Source of the DNA: an uncultured delta proteobacterium
Lineage (GTDB): Bacteria; Myxococcota_A; Polyangia; Polyangiales; Polyangiaceae
Assembly: GCA_963841435.1 (NCBI GenBank)
Contig: CAWJCS010000006.1
Span: 1,760,001 to 1,824,000, forward strand
Direction: 5' to 3'
Length of the DNA stretch: 64,000 bases
The position numbers and the translations under genes were made by a program. How positions within the stretch are numbered: the stretch's first letter is position 1; each line of letters opens with the position of its first letter. Positions 10,222 to 20,321 of the stretch are shown piece after piece. The notes beneath the pieces were generated by a model. That model was given only the letters and a program-made list of their open reading frames with translations, was not told where the DNA came from and did not search any database.

Positions 10222-11661
10222 ATGGCCCGCGCACGCCGCATCCACTTCGTCAGCCTCGGCTGCCCGAAGAACCGCGTCGACACCGAGGTGATGCTCGGCA
10301 TCGCCGAGCGCAACGGCTACCGCCACGTCGCCGACCCCGCCGAGGCGAGCGTGATCGTCGTCAACACCTGCGGCTTCATCGACGCGGCCAAAGAGGAGTC
10401 GATCGAAACCATCCTCGAGCTCTCGCGGCACAAGCGCGACGGCTGCTGCGAAAAGCTCGTCGTCGCGGGCTGCCTGAGCCAGCGTCACCCCGAGGAGCTC
10501 GCCCGCGAGCTACCCGAGGTCGACCACCTGCTCGGCTCGAGCGACATGCTCAAGCTCGAGCGCGTGCTCGCCGGCGACGCCGAGCGCGTGCTCGTCGGGC
10601 ACCCCGCCGACTGGCTCGTCACGGCGAGTGATCCGCGGCGCGTCTCGACGCGCGGCCGCAGCGCCTACGTCAAGCTCGCCGAGGGCTGTAACCGCAGCTG
10701 CTCTTTCTGCGTGATCCCCGAGCTTCGCGGCAAGCAGCGCTCGCGCTCCGCGGACGACCTCGTGCGCGAGGTCGAAGCGCTCGCGGCGGCCGGCGTCATC
10801 GAGGTGAACCTCGTGTCACAGGACACGGTCGCCTAGGGGCGCGATCTCGGCAGCGGACCAACGCTCGCCGCCCTCGTCGAGCGCATCGCCGACGTCCCCG
10901 GCGTTCACTGGGTCAGGCTCTTTTACCTCTACCCCGAGCGGCTCGGCGACGACCTCATCACCCTGATTGCAGAGCATCCACGCGTCGTCCCCTACGTCGA
11001 CATGCCCCTTCAGCACGCGGCCGACGCGATGCTACGACGTATGCGCCGCGGGCATGGGGGCAAGCGCCTCTACGAGCTCGTCGACCGGCTGCGCAAGCGC
11101 ATCGACGGGCTGACCTTCCGCACGGCGTTCATCGTGGGCCATCCCGGCGAGAGCGACGCCGAGTTCGAGGAGCTGCTCGCGTTCGTGCGCTATGCGCGGT
11201 TCGATCGCGTCGGCGTCTTTCGCTACTCGGACGAATCGAGCTCGCGGTCGTTCACGCTCGACGACAAGGTCGCGCGCGGCGTCGCGAGCCGGCGCGCGCG
11301 CCGACTCATGGCCGTGCAGCGCCCCATCAGTCGAAAGCACCAGCGTGCGCTCGTGGGGCGAGAGCTCGAGGTGCTCGTCGAGGGCGCGAGCGAGGAGAGC
11401 GATCTCGTCATGACGGGCCGGCACGCGGGGCAAGCCCCGGACATCGACGGTAACGTCGTGCTTTCGGGCGGGCCGGCACTGCCGGGGCAGCTTCTGCGCG
11501 CTCGGGTGACGCACGCGACGGACTACGATCTCATGGCGGAGCCGATCGCCGAGGTGGAGCTACCGCGCCGGCCGCGCCCCGCCGCCGACGCCGGGCTCGT
11601 GCATCGAGCGAGCGACGGCCGGAAGGTCCTCAGAACGATCGGTGCGGCACCGCGGAGCTGA
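10222..11661 (+). CDS. rimO: Ribosomal protein S12 methylthiotransferase; in-frame TAG at 10834-10836
   Basis: SLGCPKNRVD, VNTCGFI, radical-SAM CNRSCSFC, TRAM-like C-terminus; ORFs 10222 and 11002 share a frame, reading QDTVA*GRDL where QDxxAYGxD is expected. Confidence 0.92.
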
Positions 11662-11673
11662 GAGAACCGCGGC

Positions 11674-12051
11674 TCAGGGCGCCGCGCCACCCGCGCCGCC
11701 GTCGCCGCCTGCGGGCGCCAGGTCGTCGGGCAGGACGAAGACCGTCGTGGGGCTGAGCTCCGTACCCAGCTGGTACCAGAGCTGCATCAGATCGCCGGCC
11801 TTCGCCTCCCGGAGCTCGAAGTCGTAGCGGCCCGTGCCGCCCGTCTGCTGGCCGTCGATGAGCAGGCTGCGCTCGTTCAGCGCAAAGATCTGTGCGTCCG
11901 GCTCCGTACCCCCGCGCAGCCGGAAGGCACCCGTATCGGTGAGCATGATCTCGGGCTTCTGCGGGGGCGGTAGCGGCAGCGTCGGCGCGTAGCAGCCCAG
12001 CATCACCAGGCTGGCGAAAAGCAGCGCGCGGCGGGGCAGACCGAGAGCCAT
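11674..12051 (-). CDS. Hypothetical lipoprotein
   Basis: Signal peptide with lipobox MLGC, then YAPTLPLPPP and a beta-rich domain; TAACCT 7 nt upstream of ATG. Confidence 0.7.
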   Translation of the reverse strand: MALGLPRRALLFASLVMLGCYAPTLPLPPPQKPEIMLTDTGAFRLRGGTEPDAQIFALNERSLLIDGQQTGGTGRYDFELREAKAGDLMQLWYQLGTELSPTTVFVLPDDLAPAGGDGGAGGAAP

Positions 12052-12223
12052 CGGGCAAAGGTTAGCACGCAGCGTGCCCTGCCCATCCGAGCTGGATCTA
12101 CCTGTATTTTCGCCATTCTAGCGCCCAAGTAGCCAATCTAGTTGCCACCCAGGGGGAAACCAAGTTGTCGATCGCCGAAAAATGGCCCCATTACTGGCTG
12201 GGTGGTAGGCCGGGAATGCACCC

Positions 12224-14816
12224 ATGGCCGAGGGCGACGGAGCGAGTGCGCCGCGCGCCGCGCTCGCGCGGCTCCTGAGCGTCGCTCGGCCTCTGCCGCT
12301 GCTCGTCGCCTTGGCAGGCTTCATCCAGTCGTACGACAGCGCCCCCGAGGGCGCCCGGCGCGAGCCTGAGGCCACGCGGGCGCTCGCGCTCGCGCTCGCG
12401 GCCCGCGGCCTGATCGCCGATCCGCGCGACGTCCACTTCCTGCCCGCCGACGAGGGTCAGGGCGGCCTGCCGCGTGGCGAGCGCGCCGTCGTGCTCGCCC
12501 GACGCACAGGAGAGCTCGCCGACGTGTACCTCGTTGGCTCGCGGATCGCGCCAGGAGGCAGCCTGCTCGAGCTAACGCGCCTCGACAACCTGAGCGAGAC
12601 CTCCGCCGCCGACGAGCACGGTCTCGTCGTTCGCGACCGTCGCGCCGCCTGGGCGATCGCGCAGGATCACATCACGTCGATGGTGGAGCTCGTCAACCTC
12701 GCGGGCGAGCCCGAGCCCGAGGGCCCCGAGTGGACTTTGCCCAAGCGCTTGCAGAGCGCGCTGACCAATCTCCAGGAAACAGGGAAGCTCGCGGGCATCG
12801 GTCGTCGATTCTTCAAGCTCGAGCCGCCCGCAGAGCGCGTCGTGATCGGGCTCACGGAAAAGGCGCTCCTCATCGATCGCGACGCCCACCGTGCGCACGT
12901 CGCGTTCGACGCCGAAGGCGCGACGCACGACGACGGCACGCGTTTCGTCGTCGAGCAGACGCCGCGCAAGGCGCGACCCGGCAATCTCGTCACCTGGGCC
13001 GTCAACCGCGTGCGCGGTATCCCGTGGTTCGGCGACCGCAACATGGAGATCGTCAAGGCCGTCGCTTTCGAAGCAGGCGATCAGCTCGATCAGATCGTGA
13101 GCAGCGTTGCCGGCGACGACGGCTCCGATGCCGTGGCCGAAGAGCTCGGCGAGCTTTACGCCGCGCCGACCGACGACGCGACGGATCCGGAAACGGGCTG
13201 GCCACCACCGCCGATGGTGCCGCTCATCAAGCCGGCGCTGAAGGGAGAAGGCAAATGGAGTGCGCTCGACCGCGACCCCTTCGTCGGCAAGAACCCCGGC
13301 GCCCCGTGCCCCTTCGCGTTCTCGTTCATCCGCACCGACCGAAAGCGCATCTACTCGCAGATCTTCGTGACGCTCTGGGACCCGCGCCAGGTCGAGCTTC
13401 ACCCAATGAGCGGCACGGTCGAGCCCAAGAGCGCCACGGGGGAGACGGGGCCCGGCGAGATCCCGAGGCGCCCCGAAGTCATGGGGCGCGTCGTCGGCGC
13501 GCTGAACGGCGGCTTCCAGGCGATGCACGGCGCGTTCGGCATGATGGCCGATCGCGTCGTCTACCTTCCGCCGCGTCCGTTCGCTGCGACGGTGGCGCTG
13601 CTCGACGACGGCTCGACGGGCTTCGGGACGTGGCCCGAGCAGGCTCCGATACCGCGTTCGATGATCTCTTTTCGTCAGAACATGACCCCCCTCGTCGTCG
13701 AACGAGGTACAAAACCCATACAAACGTCACTGGTGGGGCGGCGTGCCGCCGGGGTGGACCGAAGAGGCACGCACCGTAAGAAGCGGCATCTGTCTGACGC
13801 GCGAAGGCTTCATCGCCTACTTCTACGGCGCGAGCGTGGACCCCGAGGTGCTGGGGCTCGCCATGGTTCGCGCCCGCTGCAGCTACGGCGTCCATCTCGA
13901 CATGAACGCCGGGCACACAGGACTGGAATTTTATCGTGCGGCGCCCACGGGCAAGCTTCCCGTCGTCGAGCGCCCATTGAAGGATCTCTGGGAGGCGCGC
14001 GGCCCGATCCCCGGCATGCCCGGCTGGGAGTTTCTGGGGCGTCGCATGATCCGCCTCATGGCGCTGATGAATTTTCCCCGATACATCGGGACCGAGCAGC
14101 GCGACTTCTTCTACTTGTTGCTGCGTCCCGTGCTTCCCGGAAAGGCGCTCACGAGCGCCGTCGTGCCGAGCGAGCCGGGCGAAGGAGCGTGGCGCACGCA
14201 GGGGATAGAGCAGCACGGCTGGCCTCCTGCCATCGCCACCACCCACCTGCGGCCGGATCCGACGCGACCTGGGACGGTCGTTGGGCTCCTGAAGCTCGAT
14301 CCGCGCCGACTTCGGTCACCCCACCCGGGTGAAACCGGCACGGAGCGCGTGGTGGAGTTTCGGACCCCGGCCTCTGCGCCGGACATGCAAACGGCCCTCT
14401 GGCACGACGCGCAACACGGCTTCTCGATTCAGAAGGACGCGCCGAGTCTTGACGCAGCGCGTATCAGCCCGGGCTACCTCGCGAGCGAACGCCCGTCCAT
14501 CGCGGCCATGGCCGCGGTGGGCATCGATGCCGACGGCATGCTCGTCTACGCGCGCGTGACCGAGGGCGACGCGAAAGGTAGCGATGGACCGCTGCTCCGG
14601 AGTCTGCTCGACTCGATGCGTTGCGAATCCATGCTGTTCTTTCCGCAATCACTCGGCGCCGAGCTCGCCGCACCCGGCGCCGACGCACCGGTGCGCGCTC
14701 CGGGCGCGGGCATCGTGCTCGTGAGGGCCGCAGGTCCTTCGGCACGGCGGATCTTCACGGAGACTCCGATCGTGGGACCGAAGCACTGGGCCCCCTTGCA
14801 GACACGCCGTCAATAA
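12224..14816 (+). CDS. Large secreted/membrane protein with phosphodiester glycosidase (NAGPA)-like domain; +1 frameshift at ~13701
   Basis: NGGFQAMHG, SFRQNMTPLV, then in the next frame NPYKRHWWGG..RSGICLT..G...YFYG, GVHLDMNAGHT; motifs resemble phosphodiester-glycosidase-family proteins. Confidence 0.6.
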
Positions 14817-14915
14817 GCGGCGCCCTTTCGCGAGATCGAACCTGATTATCCCGGGCATTATCACTCGCCAATCCGCCCGAGCCGCGGTATGACACCTGGA
14901 ACCCCCATTAATGCG

Positions 14916-16836
14916 ATGAGCGACAAGGGATCGGATCTGGACGTCTTCGATGGGCTCGCGGCGAAGAAGTCGTCGCGCGGTGCGTCCGCACCACCACCTC
15001 CACCGTCGTCCGCAGCGATCCCGAAGAAGACGTTGCTCGGTCTCGCAGCGCCGCCCGGAATGGTCCCGCCGCCGCTGCCGCCGAGCAGGGGCTCGGGCCC
15101 GCCGCCGCCGCCACCCTTGCCGTCGCGCCACTCGGCGCCACCGCCGCCACCGTTCAAGAGCGCGGGCGGCGCCCCCCCGCCTCCGCCGTTGCCTGGGTCC
15201 GCCATCTCGTCGGCGCCACCACCGCCCCCCTTGCCGTCGCGAGGCGGATCACCGCCGCCGCTGCCCGGAATTGGCCTCGGCCTCGACGAAACGTCAACGC
15301 CGCCACCGCCGATGAAGCTGGTGTCCAAGGCGCCGCCGCCACCGCCGTCGCCAAGCGATCGCCCCAAGGGCGGTGCCGTCGACATCGACTGGGACGACGA
15401 CGACGAGGCGACCACGGTCTTCGACAAGTCGCAGGACGATCCGGCGCGTGCGCTGCTCCACAGTGCGCCACCACCCGCGGCCGGCGCCCCGGCGCCGCGT
15501 CCCGCCGCGGGAGCACCCGTGGGGTCGCGCATGCCGCCGCCGCCGCCCGTGCCTTCGAAGCCGCCGCCACCGCCCCCGGCTCCCACGAACTCGCGCTCGC
15601 TCGCGCCACCGCCTTCGATGTCGCGCGGCCCGCTGCCGCCGCCGCCCAGCTCGATGCCGGTACCGATGATGCCGGCGCCCATGACGAGCGATCCGTTTGC
15701 GACGCAGCACATCGGCGGCAATCGCAACCTGATGATGGTGCTGCTCGTCGTGGTGCTCGTCGGCATCGGTGCAGCCGGCTTCTTCCTTTTGAAGGGCAAG
15801 CCCGGCTCCCTCGTCATCACCGTCGCCGGTCCCGGGAACAAACCCGTCGACGGCGTGGAAATTTACGTTGAACAACGCCCGTGCGGCCTGTCCCGGCTCA
15901 CCGTGCCGCGTGTCCGAGCTGAAGCCGGGCACGCACCTCGTGCGCGTCGCCGCCGCGGGCTACCCGCCCACGGCCGACATCGGCGTCAAGATCCCTGCCG
16001 GCGAGGAGACCGTCCAGAACGTCGAGCTCGCGCCTCCGAGTCAGGGCACCGGCATCAAGGTGAGCGCGGAGGGCCGCGGGCTCAAGCTCTTCGTCGACGA
16101 CAAGGAGGTCGGTCCACTCCCTCAAGAGGACCACAACATGCGGCCCGGCGAGCACAAGATCCGCATCGAGGGCGGCGATCGCTACGAGCCGTTCGAGAAG
16201 ACCGTCAGCATCGAGCCCGAACAGATCGTCACGCTCGAGCCCAAGATGAAGGTGAAGAAGGGTCTCGCGACGATCAAGCTCGGCAACAACGCCGACGGGG
16301 CGCGTGTCACGCTCGTCGAAGGTGATCAGCGTCGGCCCATCCCGCGCTTCCCAATCGCGGTCGAGCTCGAAGCCGAGAAGTCCTATTCGATCGTCGCGGA
16401 CAAGAAGGGCTTCGCCCACTTCGAAAAGCGCATCGATTTCGAGGACGGTCAGGCCGAAAAGACCTTCGTCATCGATCTGTTGCCCGGGGCGTCGGAGGCT
16501 CCGGTGGTCTCGGGGGGCAGCTCGAGCGGCAGCTCGCGGGGCTCGTCGTCGTCCTCGACCGCCTCGAGCACCCGGACGTCATCTTCGTCCTCGTCCTCGT
16601 CATCGTCGTCGGGCTCATCCGCCACCAAGGGCGCCAACGCGACGCTCACCTTCACCTCGAAGCCCGACTCCATGGTCATCTTCGACGGCCGCCCGCTCGG
16701 CAAGACTCCGAAGTCGAGCACGACGCCGCCCGGCCAACACACCGTCGTGTTCGTCCACCCCGAGTTCGGCCGCAAGGCAAAGACCATCACCGTGAACCCC
16801 GGTCAGCGGGCCACGTTGACGGTCAAGTTCCCCTGA
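14916..16836 (+). CDS. Single-pass membrane protein: poly-proline N-terminus, TM helix, multiple PEGA domains; +1 frameshift at ~15871
   Basis: Pro-rich region, TM LMMVLLVVVLVGIGAAGFFLL, PEGA-like units (LFVDDKEVGPLP..PGEHKIRIE; VIFDGRPLGKTP..PGQHTVVFVHP). Repaired junction reads EIYVDNARAACPGSPC. Confidence 0.75.
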
Positions 16837-16845
16837 GGCGGGCGC

Positions 16846-17778
16846 TCACTCGTCGGCGGGCTGCTCGTCCTCGACCCGCGCGCGCCAGGCACGCCAGCTC
16901 GTAGCGCAGCGCGCTTCATCGCGGCCGAGTCCCGCGCACGCGCTCGGGGCGCTCGGCGGCCCGAGCAGCAGCTCGGCGGTCAGGGACACGAACGGCAGGT
17001 CCTTCTTCCATGCGCCGCGCAGCCGCTCGGCGCGGTCCTGCAGGCGTGCGCGGGCGCGCTCGCCGAGCTCGCGCTCGAGGTAGCCGAGCGCAATTTCCCG
17101 GATCGAGTCGTCGTCCGACACCGCGAGCACGCGCTCGAGGAACTGAATGGTCGCTTCGCGCTGTCCGGCGCGCGTGAGCAGCCCTGCCGCGGTGATGCAA
17201 TGGTACGGGATGTTCTCGTTCGACCCCACGAGCTCGCACGCACGCGCGAGCACGCGGGCACCGGCAAGGCGCCACTCGGCTCGTTCCTTTTCGTCCTCGA
17301 GCCAGGGCGCCGCCACGTAAGCCATGAACTGCCCGGCGCTGAGCCAGAGCTCGGTATCGCCGGGTCGCATCTCGAGCCCGCGCTCGAGCAGCCGGCGCGC
17401 GCGCACGTAGTCTTGGTGGCGCGGCTTCACGGGCTGCATCGCGATCAACGTGTCGCCGAAGTAGTACGTCTCGCGGAAGGTCGGATCGAGAGCGCTCACG
17501 GTGTCGAGGTAATCGGCCGCGAACTCGAAGCGACGCTTCTCTTCGAAGTGGATGCCGTGCCAAACGAGCACGTGGGCGAAGATCAGATCCGCGAGCGCGG
17601 ATCGGTAGCCGAGGCTCGCCACGACCACCTGCTCCGGACTCGGCAGGGCGTAGCTGTCACTCCGCTCCTTCAGCCGCGAAAAGCGCTCGAAGAGCCGCGG
17701 GCGCGTCGAGTGGATCCCGGCGAGCGACAGCGCCAAGAGTAGGACACCGACGAGCTTGCCCCCGAGGGCCGCCTTCAT
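16846..17778 (-). CDS. PilG/XapA-like TPR-containing pilus accessory protein
   Basis: N-terminal TM/signal, SLGYRSALADL, LDPTFRETYYFG, LLERGL...P..WL; resembles the TPR protein found beside pilA in deltaproteobacteria; start overlaps the upstream pilin-like stop. Confidence 0.55.
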   Translation of the reverse strand: MKAALGGKLVGVLLLALSLAGIHSTRPRLFERFSRLKERSDSYALPSPEQVVVASLGYRSALADLIFAHVLVWHGIHFEEKRRFEFAADYLDTVSALDPTFRETYYFGDTLIAMQPVKPRHQDYVRARRLLERGLEMRPGDTELWLSAGQFMAYVAAPWLEDEKERAEWRLAGARVLARACELVGSNENIPYHCITAAGLLTRAGQREATIQFLERVLAVSDDDSIREIALGYLERELGERARARLQDRAERLRGAWKKDLPFVSLTAELLLGPPSAPSACAGLGRDEARCATSWRAWRARVEDEQPADE

Positions 17779-18266
17779 TCCACCTCGCGGTACATGGCGA
17801 GCGGCATGGTCGCGGGCGTGCCGTTCGGCGAGACGTCACCCGTGATGCTGAAGGTGCTCGTGTTGCCGTCACCGTCGAGATCGCCGTGCGCGACGACCTC
17901 GAAATGGGCACCCGCTGCCCCATTGGTGCTCTCGAACGCGAAGCTGTACGCGTGCGGCTCGTCGAGGTGAAAGTCGAGCAGGCGCCAGGTCGGGTGGTCC
18001 CAGGTGCCCGGCGGATCGACGACGAGCTCACCGCGCGGCACGGCCGCCGGCGTGAGAGGCGCGGACGGGGGATACGCCGACTCGGGCGGCCGCCCGGCGG
18101 CGAGCAACGTGGCGCGGGCCGCCACGAACGCAAGACCGTCGAGCGGCTCGGCGAAGCGCGACGCGCGCAGATTCCTGAGGAACGCGGGCAGCACGCTCAA
18201 CGCGACCGAGAGCAGCACGGAGATCGCCGCCACCGATTGCACGAGGGGACGCTCGCCGAGCCGCAT
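17775..18266 (-). CDS. Pilin-like protein with degenerate prepilin N-terminus
   Basis: Hydrophobic N-helix, ASRFAEPL..L, WRLLDFHLDEPHAYSFAF and AHGDLDGDG, matching the globular domain of the 22273 pilin; no G|FTLxE. Confidence 0.65.
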   Translation of the reverse strand: MRLGERPLVQSVAAISVLLSVALSVLPAFLRNLRASRFAEPLDGLAFVAARATLLAAGRPPESAYPPSAPLTPAAVPRGELVVDPPGTWDHPTWRLLDFHLDEPHAYSFAFESTNGAAGAHFEVVAHGDLDGDGNTSTFSITGDVSPNGTPATMPLAMYREVE

Positions 18267-18373
18267 GGGGGGAGAGCATAATGGACGTTCGTGGCCTCCC
18301 CCAGTCACCGCTCGGGTCCCCGGAGCGCCGCGTTCGATCCGCGCGGTTTCGGGCGCGTCTTTGGGGTGGCCCG

Positions 18374-20321
18374 GTGAGCCAAGGGGCGCGCGCTTGGCTC
18401 GAGCGCGGGGGGCTCGTCGCCTTCGCGACCGGGCTCGTGCTCCTTTTGACCCTACTCCGCTTCGACCCCTTCACGTTCCGGGGCGACGGGCCCGTCTACT
18501 ACCTGCCCGTGATCTCGACGGTCACGAGCGCATTGCTCGACGGGCACTTTCCGCGCGTGCTCTGGCAGCTTGGGGCCGGCTGGACCCCGTTCGAGGCGGG
18601 GCAGATCGGCCTTGGCTACCCGCCGTATCTCCTCGTCGGGCTCGTGTGTCGTTTGATCGGGCGGCCGCTCGCGTTCCTGACGGTCTCGGCGATCGTCCAT
18701 CTTTCGCTAGCAGGGCTCGCCGTGCGCGAGCTCGCCCCGCGCAGCGTACCCGCGCGCCCGCGCCTCCTGGCCGCGCTTGTCGCCATGGTCCAGCCCGCGC
18801 CGTTGCTGCTCGGCATGCCCTGGCACGTCGTGATCGCCGCCTACCCCTGGGGACTCGCGCTGTCGTTGCTCCTCTGGCTTTCGGACCTTCACGACCGACG
18901 CGTCGCACTCGCGATCCCGATCGTGAGCACACTCCTTTTCTGGGTCGGGCACCCGCACACGTTCCTCTGGACCTGGCTCCTCGTCGGGACGGCAGGGCTC
19001 GTGCTCCGGCGGCCGTCGCCGCGGCAGCTCGTGAGCGTGTGGAGTCCCTTCGTTAGCGCAGCGCTCGCCGTCGTGGTGCCGCTCATCTGGCTCTGGCATG
19101 CGGCCACCACGGCGAACGTCTCGTTCATCCGGGAACGCTGGGAGCCGGGATTCTTGTTGCTCCACGCGCAGAGCCTCGCGAACGTCGTGCCGGGCATCCT
19201 CGTGGGGAATCTGACGGGCTGGGTGCGGCTCGAACGTCTGGGGCCACGATGCGGAGGCCGGCGCGGGGATCTTCTTCTGCCCGTTGCTCGTCGTCGCCGC
19301 GATCGATGCGTTGCGACGACGGCGCTTCGGCGTGATCCTGTTCTTGCTCCTGTTCGCGATCCTCGTGGGGCCGCGCGACCTCGCTGTCGTGTCGCTCATC
19401 GCGCGCGGACCGCTCGCGGGCACGCGCTGGACGTGGCGGTTCACAGCGGTGATGCTGCCGCCCATCGCGGTCGCGATGACGCTCGGCGCGCGGCCGGGCG
19501 GCATGGGTGCCGCCGTGTACGAGCCGTCCCGGCGGCGCGAGATTGCCGCCGCCGCCGCCCTCCTCGCGAGCGTGGTCGTGGTGTGGCGCGGAGCGTCATT
19601 CGACCTCGCAACGGTCTGGTGGGACCACCGAGACGCAGGCATCGAGGGCCTCGTCCGCGAGACCACCCGCTTCAGCGCGACGCTCACGCGGCCCGCGCGA
19701 GTCGCGCTCGTGGGACGGCACCGGCTGCTGTCGAATGGGGCCCCCGTACCGCTCGCCTACGCCGGGCTCGTCGGCAACGCGCCGCTGCTCGTGCCGGGCC
19801 TCGAAACGGCTCACATCCACGAGCCGCTCGAGAGCGAGGCCGCCGCGCGCGAGCACTGGCGTCTGACGACACCGTGGCGGAGCGCCGTACCCCAGGAAAT
19901 CTTCGTCGAGGAGCCCGAGCGCGCCCGCCGGAGCCTGGAGGCCGTCGGGGTCACGGCTGTCGTGGCGCTCGATCCGAAGCTTTTCCCCGCCGATGTGAGG
20001 ACGCGCACGTTCGTCAGCGATCGTGGCCGAAAGCTCTGGGTGCGGGAGCTCTCACCCTCTCCCCCGTACCCGCTCCGCGGCCCCGGCGAGCGGCTGCCGG
20101 ACGGATCGCTACGGGTGGCCGATCCCGAGAGCCTGCGCAAAACGCGTCCGCTCGTCGTGTCGCGCGACGCCGGGGCGTTCGTCGCGCGCCCGCCCCTGCC
20201 CTGGGCCTACCTCGTGCTCGGGCTTCTTGGCGGCCTCGCCGCGCTCGCGTTCGCCCTCGCGCCGTTTCGGGGAGGCACGCTGCGCCGGGAGCTACGACGC
20301 GGGGCCCCGAGCGAGCCCTAG
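18374..20321 (+). CDS. Polytopic membrane protein, YfhO-like/GT-C glycosyltransferase candidate; +1 frameshift at ~19233
   Basis: Many TM helices; first loop RGDGPVYYLP...WTPFEAGQIGLGYPPYLL resembles YfhO-type GT-C proteins; repaired junction RLDVWGH joins ORF 19284..20321. Confidence 0.5.
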
